Source: Pseudomonadota bacterium | Lineage (GTDB): Bacteria; Bdellovibrionota_B; Oligoflexia; Oligoflexales; CAIMVM01 | DNA: 64,000 nucleotides | Direction: 5' to 3' | NCBI GenBank assembly: GCA_037142195.1 | Contig: JBAXBA010000001.1 | Span: 64,001-128,000 of the forward strand | Shown here: positions 9,336 to 18,634 of the stretch, in pieces | Layout: the number at the start of each line of letters is the position of its first letter | Position numbering within the stretch: position 1 is the stretch's first letter | Notes under the pieces: generated by a model | The model's input: only the letters and a program-made list of their open reading frames with translations | What the model was told of the DNA's origin: nothing | The model's database searches: none | Position numbers and translations under genes: made by a program

Positions 9336-10205
9336 TTGAGCCGAACAATTCGGGTAATAAAACCTGCTGGTCGCGAAAAAGTGCCTGATTTTTTAGCCCG
9401 ACTCGAGCGGCTAAGAGAAGCTGGCTTTTCAGTCTTTTATGATGAAACCCCCGAAGAGGCAAGTTGGTCTTACACATCTGGATCTATTTCCGATCGAGCC
9501 AGAGAACTTAACTCCGCCCTTAAGAGTGCTTCGCCTGATGTTTTGCTCGCAGCTCGCGGAGGATATGGATCCAGCGACCTCCTGGAACTTGTGGATTGGG
9601 AGTCTCTTAAAGTCTTACCTGAGAAGACAATTGTAGGATTTTCCGATATCTCTGCGCTGCTTTCCGCGGTCTATACTCGTTTGGGCTGGCGAGGCATTCA
9701 TGGCCCTATGCCCGGGTCGTCACTCTGGGAGTGGGGGCCTGACGTGACCTTACTTTTAGATGTCCTTAAAGGGCAAAAGACCGAATTTCAATTTGAGGTG
9801 AAATCGCTCAAGCATGCTCATTCCAATGTTTCCGGGGAGCTCTTTGGGGGCTGTTTTTCCGTTTTAACATCTTTGATTGGAACACCATTTTTTCCTCTTA
9901 GCTTGTCGGGAAAGATACTGTTTTTGGAAGACATCGGGGAAAACCCCGGTAGGCTTATGAGATTTTGGAATCAATGGATTCAATCTGGAGCCACACAGGG
10001 AATCAAGGGCGTTCTTCTAGGGCATTTTTCTGGGGTAGGAGAGCCTTCTGAGAGCCATTGTCAGATTTTTTTTGAGGAATTTGCAAAGCGGGCTAATGTA
10101 CCCGTTTGGCACACTTCGGCTTTCGGGCACAAACAGGAAAACTACCCTATGCCGATGGGAGCCCCTATTAAATTGACAGGATCCACTGCGACTTGGAAAC
10201 TTTAG
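9336..10205 (+). CDS. ldcA: LD-carboxypeptidase (peptidase S66)
   Basis: ARGGYG, VGFSDISAL (catalytic Ser), HGPM, ILFLEDIGE (Glu), FGH (His). Adjacent to mpl. Confidence 0.9.
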   Translation: MSRTIRVIKPAGREKVPDFLARLERLREAGFSVFYDETPEEASWSYTSGSISDRARELNSALKSASPDVLLAARGGYGSSDLLELVDWESLKVLPEKTIVGFSDISALLSAVYTRLGWRGIHGPMPGSSLWEWGPDVTLLLDVLKGQKTEFQFEVKSLKHAHSNVSGELFGGCFSVLTSLIGTPFFPLSLSGKILFLEDIGENPGRLMRFWNQWIQSGATQGIKGVLLGHFSGVGEPSESHCQIFFEEFAKRANVPVWHTSAFGHKQENYPMPMGAPIKLTGSTATWKL

Positions 10206-10225
10206 ACAAAAAAGGAATATAAATT

Positions 10226-11722
10226 ATGAAAGACAAAAAAGTTTACTTTATGGGTATTGCGGGAACGGGAATGGCCAGCGTGGCGGGTCTAGCCATGCAA
10301 GACGGCTGGGACGTCAGTGGAAGTGATGACAATATTTATCCTCCTATGTCAACCATGCTCGAGGACGTGGGCATAGTCGTTCAAACTCCCTACGACGAGG
10401 AGCGTTTGAAAAAAATAAAGCCGGATTTAGTGGTGGTTGCCAATGTACTTTCCAAAAACCATAAGGAAGTTGCCGAGCTTTTAAAACTAGGTATCAAATA
10501 TACTAGTTTTCCCGAGTTTTTAGGTCAGCACTTTTTGGCCAAACGTCATGCTGTAGTCGTTGCGGGAACCCATGGAAAGACAACAACAACTTCTCTTTTA
10601 ACACATATATTAAAGGAATTAGGTGAAGACCCTGGGTATGTTATCGGGGGCATCCCTAAGGCCTTCAAGAGGTCGTTTGAGCTTGGAAAAGGCCAAACTT
10701 TTATAGTCGAAGGCGACGAATATGATACCGCTTTCTTTGACAAGGAGTCGAAGTTTCTCCACTACCATGCCAAGCATCTGATTTTAAATAACATTGAATT
10801 TGACCACGCGGACATATTTAAAGACCTAGATTCCATTTACCATATGTTTCAAAAGCTTGTTGCCCAAGTTAAGGATCCGAGCCAAATCATCGCCAATATT
10901 GATGATCCAGGAGTCATTGAACTTTTAAAACGGTCTGGCCTCACGGAAAAAGTTGTTGGTGTTGCTGCCTGGGGAAGAAACATCCACGCGGCCTTTAGGG
11001 TTCTTAGTACCAAAGTACTTAAAGCGAGCGCCGAACAACAAACTTGGGAAGTGGAAATGCGAACCCCTAGATGGGGAGACATTAAGCTAAAAACAGCTCT
11101 TTCAGGTGATTACAATGCCGCGAATCTTTGTCAAATCATGGCTTGTCTTGATTCCATGATGTCAAAGGGGGTGATTTCCCCAGCCAATATCGAGAAGATC
11201 CAAGCCGCGGTACTTAGCTTTCAAAACGTCAAACGCCGCCTCGATTGCTTGGGAGAGGTGAATGATATCATTATTATGGAAGATTTTGCACATCATCCTA
11301 CCGCAGTAAAACTGCTGATTGAATCCTTGAAAAAAAACTTCCCCACACGAAGACTCTTAGTAGCGTTTGAACCACGAAATGCTACTTCCAGGCGAAATAC
11401 CTTTGAGAAAGAATATGGCGAGGTATTGGCTCTAGCAGATATGTCTCTTATCGGTGCTTGCCCAGAGGATAAAAGAATTCCGGAAAAAGAAAGGATGAAT
11501 ACGAGTCGTATCGCAGCTGCGATAGGCAGAACTGCTCAAGCATTTAGCACTAATGAACAGCTTCATGATTGGTTACTAAAAGCTCTTAAACCGCAGGATG
11601 TGGTGGTATTTATGTCTAGTGGCAGCTTTAACGGCATTCAGCATCGCCTCGTTCAATCTTTATTTGCGAAATATAGTCCTGAAGTTGTGAAAGGTGTTGA
11701 AATTAGAGCTCATACCATTTAA
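10226..11722 (+). CDS. mpl: UDP-MurNAc:L-Ala-gamma-D-Glu-mDAP ligase (murein peptide ligase)
   Basis: GIAGTGMASVA, GSD..IYPPMS, VAGTHGKTTTT, EGDEYDTAFFDK.SKF.HY, EFDHADI, DFAHHPTA, FEPR. Confidence 0.93.
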   Translation: MKDKKVYFMGIAGTGMASVAGLAMQDGWDVSGSDDNIYPPMSTMLEDVGIVVQTPYDEERLKKIKPDLVVVANVLSKNHKEVAELLKLGIKYTSFPEFLGQHFLAKRHAVVVAGTHGKTTTTSLLTHILKELGEDPGYVIGGIPKAFKRSFELGKGQTFIVEGDEYDTAFFDKESKFLHYHAKHLILNNIEFDHADIFKDLDSIYHMFQKLVAQVKDPSQIIANIDDPGVIELLKRSGLTEKVVGVAAWGRNIHAAFRVLSTKVLKASAEQQTWEVEMRTPRWGDIKLKTALSGDYNAANLCQIMACLDSMMSKGVISPANIEKIQAAVLSFQNVKRRLDCLGEVNDIIIMEDFAHHPTAVKLLIESLKKNFPTRRLLVAFEPRNATSRRNTFEKEYGEVLALADMSLIGACPEDKRIPEKERMNTSRIAAAIGRTAQAFSTNEQLHDWLLKALKPQDVVVFMSSGSFNGIQHRLVQSLFAKYSPEVVKGVEIRAHTI

Positions 11723-11791
11723 ACCATAACGCATTAGGGTTATAAAACAGCCCCAGGTGGGGCATGAAATTCGTCTTAGGAGATTTAGAAC

Positions 11792-12286
11792 ATGGTAGTT
11801 AAAATTAAAACAGCAGCACTTTTATTGGGCCTCGGTTTTTTCATCTCTTGTACAGATGATGCTCCAAAAACAGCCACTGAACCCGTACAAGCAGGCCAGA
11901 CAACTGGCGCAGAAACTCCAGCTGCTGCTCCAGGCGCAGGGGCTCCAGATTTCGCAAACTCAACTATTTTCTTTGCCTATGATGATTACTCTCTAACCAC
12001 TGAAGCACAAGCCGAGCTTAGCAAAATTGGTGAGTACCTAAAGACGAACACAACAGCTGTTGTGCAAGTGGAAGGTCACTGTGATGAGCGCGGAACCGTA
12101 GAATACAATTTGGCTTTGGGCGAACGCAGAGCTCAGTCTGTTAAGTCGTATCTTGTAAATCTTGGCGTTGCTGATGCCAGACTTTCTACAATCTCTTATG
12201 GCGAAGAAAAGCCAGCGACTGAAGGTCATGATGAAGCAGCATGGGTAAAAAATCGTCGCGCAGCATTTGTATTAACTGTTAAATAA
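11792..12286 (+). CDS. pal: Peptidoglycan-associated lipoprotein (OmpA-C domain)
   Basis: Lipobox FISC. IFFAYD, VEGHCDERGTVEYNLALGERRA, ISYGEEKP, NRRA. Confidence 0.95.
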   Translation: MVVKIKTAALLLGLGFFISCTDDAPKTATEPVQAGQTTGAETPAAAPGAGAPDFANSTIFFAYDDYSLTTEAQAELSKIGEYLKTNTTAVVQVEGHCDERGTVEYNLALGERRAQSVKSYLVNLGVADARLSTISYGEEKPATEGHDEAAWVKNRRAAFVLTVK

Positions 12287-12324
12287 TTTTGCGGGGACAC
12301 TTGTACCGCAAGGTTGTGTCCAAT

Positions 12325-12350
12325 AAAGAGGCAGGAAACTGCCTTTTTTT
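12325..12350 (+). terminator. Rho-independent terminator after pal
   Basis: AAAGAGGCAG-GAAA-CTGCCTTTTT stem-loop with a long U-tract. Confidence 0.88.
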
Positions 12351-12458
12351 ATTTTTCCACGCCTCCGCATTAGTTTGCATGTTTTGTCGTAAAAGAGTAT
12401 TTTTCTCCTTCAAGGAAATTTCCTTGATTAACCATATTTAGACCATCGGAGGTCCGTC

Positions 12459-14024
12459 TTGGATACGGCTCTGTCTTTCTTGATCATCATCGTAGGCGCA
12501 GCAAGTGGCTTTTTTCTTGGTGCCTATCTACATAAAAAACAACTCACTGCGGCTTTTGAGGGCGCTCAGTCGGAATCAAAAAAGATTCTTGAGGACGCCC
12601 GTCGTGAAGCGGATCAGCTGATAAAGCAGTCTCTCCGTGAAGGAAAAGAAGAAGCTAAGAATCGGCGTAAGCTTTTTGAAGAGGAAGCTAAAAAACGACG
12701 CGCAGATTTTACACGTCTGGAACAGTCCATTCAGTCTAAAGAACAGAATGTTGATAAAAAATATCAAGGCCTTGAACAAAAAGAAAAAGACATTGAGACT
12801 AAAGAAAAGCGAGTTCAGCTTGAAGAAAAGCGCTATGTCAAGCTCTTGGCAGAAGCAGAAGTAGCGTTAGCAAAAACTCAAAAAACACTTGAAAAAGTCG
12901 CTAATATGTCGGCCGACGACGCCAAAAAAGAACTTATGGCGGCCATTGAAAACCAAGCAAGGAAAGAGGCTCAAACCACGATTCGAGCCATCGAAGCCGA
13001 AACCCGCAAAGAAGCTGAAGTTAGAGCACGTTCCATTTTAAGCGTTGCTGTGCAAAGGCTATCTGGTGAATACGTAAATGATTCGACGATTTCCGTAGTT
13101 CAGCTTCCTAGCGAAGAAATGAAGGGAAGAATTATTGGTCGCGAAGGCAGAAATATCAGAGCCATTGAACAGGCTACTGGCGTAGATCTTATCATCGATG
13201 ATACGCCGGAGGCGGTTATTATCTCTTGCTTTAATCCCATTCGAAGAGAGATTGCTAAAATCACCCTGGAGCGTTTGATTGCGGATGGAAGAATTCATCC
13301 CGCAAGAATCGAGGAAGCGGCTGATCGCGTAACTACGGAATTTGATCTTATTTTAAAAGAACACGGAGAGCAGGCTGCCTTTGAAGTTGGGATTACAGAT
13401 CTCCACCCTGAAGTTCTGATTTATCTGGGTAAACTTAAATACAGAACTTCCGGCTTACAGTCTGTGCTTCAACATTCTGTAGAAACCGCCCACCTCTGCG
13501 GAATGCTGGCGTCTGAAATTGGCTTTAATGTGAAACGAGCGAAAAGAGCCGGACTGCTCCACGATCTAGGCAAAGCTGTAGATCAAGAGGCGGAAGGAAA
13601 TCACGCTCTACTTGGTGCGGAGCTGTGTGAAAAATATGGTGAGCATCAGGAAATATTGGAAGCGATTCGCCATCATCACCAAGAAGAGCTCACCAACGTG
13701 GGTCCGCTTGCCGTCATATTGGTCGCTGCCAATACCGTATCTATGGCTCGTCCCGGTGCTCGTAAGGAAGTCCTAGAATCTTATGTAAAACGCCTTGAAG
13801 ACATGGAAGCAATTGTTAAAACGTTTGAGGGAATTGAACAAACTTGGGTCCTACAAGCAGGAAGAGAAGTTCGTGTCATTGTAAAACCCGAAGGTGTTTC
13901 CGATGAAGATGTAGTTGATTTAGCTAACAATATCGCTTTTAAGCTTAGAACAGAAGTCACGTTTCCGGGGCAAATCCGAGTCAGCGTAATTAAAGAAGCT
14001 AAGTTTACAGAGTTTGCCAAATAA
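12459..14024 (+). CDS. rny: Ribonuclease Y
   Basis: N-terminal TM and coiled coil, KH domain (MKGRIIGREGRNIR), HD domain (LLHDLGKA), QAGREVRV, FPGQIRVSVI. Confidence 0.97.
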   Translation: MDTALSFLIIIVGAASGFFLGAYLHKKQLTAAFEGAQSESKKILEDARREADQLIKQSLREGKEEAKNRRKLFEEEAKKRRADFTRLEQSIQSKEQNVDKKYQGLEQKEKDIETKEKRVQLEEKRYVKLLAEAEVALAKTQKTLEKVANMSADDAKKELMAAIENQARKEAQTTIRAIEAETRKEAEVRARSILSVAVQRLSGEYVNDSTISVVQLPSEEMKGRIIGREGRNIRAIEQATGVDLIIDDTPEAVIISCFNPIRREIAKITLERLIADGRIHPARIEEAADRVTTEFDLILKEHGEQAAFEVGITDLHPEVLIYLGKLKYRTSGLQSVLQHSVETAHLCGMLASEIGFNVKRAKRAGLLHDLGKAVDQEAEGNHALLGAELCEKYGEHQEILEAIRHHHQEELTNVGPLAVILVAANTVSMARPGARKEVLESYVKRLEDMEAIVKTFEGIEQTWVLQAGREVRVIVKPEGVSDEDVVDLANNIAFKLRTEVTFPGQIRVSVIKEAKFTEFAK

Positions 14025-14821
14025 TGAAAATTCTTGCGCTTGGCGACGTCATAGGGCGTCCTGGTCGCCAGGCGCTGGAGTTTTTCCTCTCGAGTCTACG
14101 CGAAGAGTACTCTCCTGATCTCATCCTTGTGAATGGGGAAAATTCTGCTGGCGGTGCAGGAATGACTCTTGCCATATTTGAAGAGTTGACTCACAAACTT
14201 GGAATTGATGTGATCACCATGGGCAACCATTGGATGGACAAAAAAGAAATCTACAATTTTGTTCATAAGCACGAAAACATCGTCCTCCCCGGTAATATGG
14301 GTAATGTCTCGGATCCCCGTAAAGGGCTATTCATTGGAACCACTAAAACCGGGCATCGCTATGCTGTAGCAAATCTTATCGGCAAAGTCTTTATGGTGGA
14401 TGGTAATAAGAATCCCTTTGATTTTGCCGATATGCTTTTTAGCTATGTGCCCGCTTCCGTCCGAGTGAGAATTTTAGATTTTCATGCGGAAACCAGTAGT
14501 GAAAAACAGGCTCTTGGTCAGTATTTGGCAGGTCGTGTCAGCTTAGTCTATGGAACCCACACCCATACTCCAACTGCGGACCATCGGATTCTAAAAAATC
14601 ACACGGGATTTGTAACAGACGTTGGGATGACTGGCCCTTATGATTCGGTCATCGGTATTGACACAGAAGCATCTCTGAGGCGCTTTATTAAAGGCGAAAA
14701 AAAAGGTTGGGGACCAGCTAAAAACGATATTCAACTTCATGGAATTCTTACCGAAATGGATTCCGCTACAGGTCAATGCCTAAAAATCGAGCGCATTCGA
14801 CGAGATTTAACTCCTACTTGA
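14024..14821 (+). CDS. ymdB: YmdB/TIGR00282 metallophosphoesterase
   Basis: GDVIGRPG, NGENSAGG, TMGNH, DFHAETSSEK, GTHTH, TDVGMTG. Coupled to rny by a TAATG overlap. Confidence 0.93.
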   Translation: MKILALGDVIGRPGRQALEFFLSSLREEYSPDLILVNGENSAGGAGMTLAIFEELTHKLGIDVITMGNHWMDKKEIYNFVHKHENIVLPGNMGNVSDPRKGLFIGTTKTGHRYAVANLIGKVFMVDGNKNPFDFADMLFSYVPASVRVRILDFHAETSSEKQALGQYLAGRVSLVYGTHTHTPTADHRILKNHTGFVTDVGMTGPYDSVIGIDTEASLRRFIKGEKKGWGPAKNDIQLHGILTEMDSATGQCLKIERIRRDLTPT

Positions 14822-14907
14822 TGAAGCGCAACTCGAATTTTAAGGCTTTGGACGATGCTCGATATCTGATAGTCTGACTCCGTTATAAACTCTATTCAGG
14901 AATTCAC

Positions 14908-16458
14908 ATGGTTTTGAAGAAACTCACGGCCCTTGCTGTTCTACCTCTAATCTACGCTAGCCCATCCTACGCCATCTTTTGGAGTGGCAACGGTTTTTAT
15001 TCCCTTAGGGCAGTCGGTCTGACGGATCCAGATGCCTTTCCAGATACAGGGAGCTACCAAGCCATCGAACAACATTTGTCATTAAATGCAGAAGCGCGTG
15101 TTAACGACAGAGCAAGTTTTTTTCTAGGCTTAAATATCCATCCTACTAAAAATGATTCTGGACTACTCGGTGGCGACTCCAAGGCAACCACAACAGAACC
15201 TTCTGCAAAAGATGCCAACGTTGTATTTTCAACAGCCTATGCCAGACTGGGAACAGATTACTGCTTGATAGAGGCAGGACGACGCCCTAGAGATTGGGGT
15301 TTAGGTCTTCTCTATTCATCAGCGAAAAGACCGTTCCAGTATAATGATTCTGTTTTTGATGGTGTCACCTGTGATGTCAACATCCAAAAATCACAAACCT
15401 TAGGTTTTTCTATAGGCCTAGATAAAATCTCCGAAGGAAGTCGAAGCCCATCGGATGATGTTCGTGGTGTAGATGTAGACCAATATTTCTTTACCATTGA
15501 GTACGATGATAAACTCTCCCCTTCTTCGTCTCCTTTTACAAAGAAGATCGGAATTTACGTTTCCAACATTACTTCTCCAAGTTCTGCGAACTTAGGGAAG
15601 ACCGATATAAAGTATCTCGACATTTATGGACGATTTACCGGATTTAAAGCGTTCAGTTTATTTTCAGAACTCGTTTTTAGAAGTGGAAAATCAAAAGACC
15701 CTTCTTGGGGGTCCTTTGGGGCTGCTCCAGATTCAGACGCAACTGTTGATTCGATCGGCCTAGCTTCTCGCTTGGAATTTATCCTATCTGCTTCGGGTGG
15801 TGAATCTGCTGATTTAAATTCTAATTTGCAGTTGTCAAAACACCTTATTTTTGTCGAACACATGCGAGCTCCTGGCGATAGCGACTCCTATTATCGCGGG
15901 CAAAGGCAGGGTGAAACGGACCGGTTTGCCACGATTACATCGGAACAAAGAGATACCAGCGCATCCGGAATGGCCTTTAACCGCAATTTTAAGCCACTAC
16001 ATATCCTGTTTAATGGAAGAGATTCGGGCAAAAACAATCTCCCAGGGGTCTATGACTCTGACAGAATGGTAAACGCTGCCGTCACTGCTATGGGCTATAA
16101 ATATGAATCTAGTCAAAGCGGAGTGTTTGAAGTTAAGCTTGCAAAAGCCTCTCTTTTGGAAACAGCACCAGCCGACGTAAAAACCTATTGGGATTCCGTA
16201 ACTAAGTCCAATCAAAGCACGGAAAAAACAGAGCGAGCTGACCGCAAGATTGATGTCAAAAGTGATGTTCCTGTTGGCCTAAATTCCAATGACCTCGGCA
16301 CTGAACTTGATTTGACTTACACTTTTCCTGGATCTAAAGATCTTAAAACATCCTTAATGGGTTCCTATCTAAAAGTCGGCAATGCTTTTGACACCAGTCT
16401 AGAACGCTCTCCGAAGTCCCAGTTTCTTTTAAGTGCTCAATTTGATTTGACCTTTTGA
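14908..16458 (+). CDS. Probable outer-membrane beta-barrel protein
   Basis: Signal peptide (SYA|), alternating beta-strand patterns, GRRPRDWGLG, DLGTELDL and a C-terminal Phe (QFDLTF, Bam signal-like). Confidence 0.7.
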   Translation: MVLKKLTALAVLPLIYASPSYAIFWSGNGFYSLRAVGLTDPDAFPDTGSYQAIEQHLSLNAEARVNDRASFFLGLNIHPTKNDSGLLGGDSKATTTEPSAKDANVVFSTAYARLGTDYCLIEAGRRPRDWGLGLLYSSAKRPFQYNDSVFDGVTCDVNIQKSQTLGFSIGLDKISEGSRSPSDDVRGVDVDQYFFTIEYDDKLSPSSSPFTKKIGIYVSNITSPSSANLGKTDIKYLDIYGRFTGFKAFSLFSELVFRSGKSKDPSWGSFGAAPDSDATVDSIGLASRLEFILSASGGESADLNSNLQLSKHLIFVEHMRAPGDSDSYYRGQRQGETDRFATITSEQRDTSASGMAFNRNFKPLHILFNGRDSGKNNLPGVYDSDRMVNAAVTAMGYKYESSQSGVFEVKLAKASLLETAPADVKTYWDSVTKSNQSTEKTERADRKIDVKSDVPVGLNSNDLGTELDLTYTFPGSKDLKTSLMGSYLKVGNAFDTSLERSPKSQFLLSAQFDLTF

Positions 16459-16467
16459 GGGTAACTT

Positions 16468-17742
16468 ATGTCCAATGAGCTGGGGTTTTCGCGGATATTG
16501 TCGATGGAAAATAGTTGGCTAATGGCCGCACTGTCGACATCAGCCGGCATTCTAAGCGAAAAAGGTCTGCTTTCGCCGTCAGCCATGACAACCTTTCGAG
16601 TCCATTTGAGTGGGATGCAGGGTAGCAAAAATCGATCGATGATGGATGGGTTGTACGAAGCAAAAGATACCCTTTTTCATCTCGTGTCCAAGGAGCTTGG
16701 AAGCGATCACTTTAGAACGACCGCTTGGTTGCAATTTGCGGACCGCATGTCGTGTCGAATCGTCTCGTTAGTGAGCAATGCTCATCTTGAACTCTTGGAT
16801 TTGGGAAAACAGAATTTTAATCGCTTTGTCGCTACCCATAAGGCTGAATATTTTTTGGCCCCGCAACTTCTGATGGATCTCAACGTCCTCATTGCTGAAG
16901 ATTTGGCTGTTTTAGATAGTCCCATGAATTTGACATTTCACAGTTATGAAGTATCGGAGCCCTCACTGGCGCGCAACTTGAGTGAGTGCTTTGGCTCAGA
17001 AACGATTCGCGAAACCAACATGCCTAAAGAGCACGCCAAGGGTTTGATCGCTAAGAGATTTTCGTCTTTAAATCAGATTCTTACAGCTAGATCTGAATTG
17101 CTCTCCTTCGTTGTTGGCGAAGACGTAGATCCTTCCTTTCAGCTTTTGCTGTCCCAACTTCGTACTCTCGAGTGGTCCCTTTCCTCTGTTCCTGAGCCAG
17201 GACAGTTTCAGTCACATATGAAAGTTGCCGCTGATTTAGTAGATATGTGTGTCGTCCTATTACAAGACTCGCTGGAAAGTCTACCTCGAAAGTTTCAAGC
17301 AAAAATATTGCCGGAGAGACCTAGAAATCTCGCCCTACCCTTAAGAAAAGTAGAAGGTCATCTCATTCAGATAGGCCATGCACCAGAAGTTGCCGAAGAA
17401 GCTGCATCCGTCCTCAAAGCTTATCTGAGTTTGCATAATGTCTCGGTTCGAGAGCTCTTGCCTGATGAGGCCTCTAGAATCCATCCTGCAATTGGGTCCC
17501 TCACGGTTGATTTTGTAAAAAATGCAGAGAATCACCAAAAAGATGACGTATCACTTAAAGACCGGGTAGATCGATCTTTTGAGAGTGTTTCCAAGCAGCT
17601 GCTGAATATTCTTGGAAGAATCCTTGTAGTGGTCGGAATTTTGGGCTTTGGGGGTTGTGGGGTTAAAGGGTCCCTTAAGTCTATTGGGGAGCCGCTTAGA
17701 CCAGAAGTTATGATTAAGGGCCCTACCTATGGACCCAAATGA
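16468..17742 (+). CDS. Highly diverged argininosuccinate-lyase (ArgH)-like protein with a C-terminal lipoprotein-like tail
   Basis: Weak by-eye similarity to ArgH: SAGILSEKGLLS, ATH, LSECFG, and GHAPEVAEEAASVLKAY...VRELLPDEASRIHPAI. The SSIMPQKKNP signature is absent. Ends with a hydrophobic stretch plus GCGVKG. Confidence 0.55.
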   Translation: MSNELGFSRILSMENSWLMAALSTSAGILSEKGLLSPSAMTTFRVHLSGMQGSKNRSMMDGLYEAKDTLFHLVSKELGSDHFRTTAWLQFADRMSCRIVSLVSNAHLELLDLGKQNFNRFVATHKAEYFLAPQLLMDLNVLIAEDLAVLDSPMNLTFHSYEVSEPSLARNLSECFGSETIRETNMPKEHAKGLIAKRFSSLNQILTARSELLSFVVGEDVDPSFQLLLSQLRTLEWSLSSVPEPGQFQSHMKVAADLVDMCVVLLQDSLESLPRKFQAKILPERPRNLALPLRKVEGHLIQIGHAPEVAEEAASVLKAYLSLHNVSVRELLPDEASRIHPAIGSLTVDFVKNAENHQKDDVSLKDRVDRSFESVSKQLLNILGRILVVVGILGFGGCGVKGSLKSIGEPLRPEVMIKGPTYGPK

Positions 17743-18634
17743 TTGGCGGGGAATTTGGACGTCACTTGTCACTCCCCTCAACTCAGATAGTTCTATCGAT
17801 TGGAATTCCCTAGATAGTATTGTGTCGCGACAATTGGAGGCAGAAGTTCGTGCCTTAGTGATGGCCGGGCGCTGCGGGGAAGGTTCAACACTCTCTGCCC
17901 ATGAAAAGCTAGCCCTTGTCCGCAGAGCGAGTTCCTCCGCAAAACGCCGGGGTCATACCTTAGTTGTAGGCGCCGTAGAAGGAACAAGTACCACACAGTC
18001 TTTAGAGCTCTGCAAACTTTATCAGGATGCTGGTGCAGATGGAATTTTGGCTTATTTTCCCCTAGATTTCCCTTTTGTCGACCGAGGTATTATAAGCCAC
18101 TTTAAGTGCCTGGCTTCAAGTGTATCAATTCCCGTATTTATCTGTTTTCCAAACCCATGTGATCCTTTCCTGCTCAGCTCTTCCTTTGTTGATGAACTCT
18201 TAAGTTTGCCTGGAATTCTTGGAGCCTCCATGGGGGGTGAAGTCTCTAGTCTCTTTTCTTCTCCGCTCAAATCCCAAAAGCTTTTTCTATCAAACTCAGA
18301 GACTTCCTTTTTTTCTGGACAGCATGCAGATAAAGGTTCTTCTTTTGGTGGGGTTGTTAGTTGTTTGGCTAATGTTTTCCCGAGAGAACTGAAAGCCATC
18401 TGCCCCGCGCATGACTCTAGCAAGTCTCTCCCGGCTCGGCCCAGCGAAGCCGCCATTGTCGCCTTCGCCAAGTCCTTAGATAAATATCCTATAGCTTCAG
18501 CTATTAAGGGCTGCCTCCATCAGCAAGGAATATTAAAACCCTTTCTGAGACTGCCTTTTGACACTCTTCCCGAAGACTCGCTCAGAGGCCTACTAGCTGA
18601 GCTACAAAAAATCACGAATCAACTTGAGGTATAA
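17729..18634 (+). CDS. DapA (dihydrodipicolinate synthase) family protein lacking the catalytic residues
   Basis: GIWTSLVTPL..D.SID, G..GE..TLS..E, AGADGIL, GVVSCLANVFP and LRLP. Directly upstream of dapB. Confidence 0.8.
   Translation: MDPNDWRGIWTSLVTPLNSDSSIDWNSLDSIVSRQLEAEVRALVMAGRCGEGSTLSAHEKLALVRRASSSAKRRGHTLVVGAVEGTSTTQSLELCKLYQDAGADGILAYFPLDFPFVDRGIISHFKCLASSVSIPVFICFPNPCDPFLLSSSFVDELLSLPGILGASMGGEVSSLFSSPLKSQKLFLSNSETSFFSGQHADKGSSFGGVVSCLANVFPRELKAICPAHDSSKSLPARPSEAAIVAFAKSLDKYPIASAIKGCLHQQGILKPFLRLPFDTLPEDSLRGLLAELQKITNQLEV

Noticed and set aside
12351..12458. 6S RNA, often found upstream of rny
   Set aside because: Only about 108 bp lie between the pal terminator and rny; too short and no long rod-like pairing.
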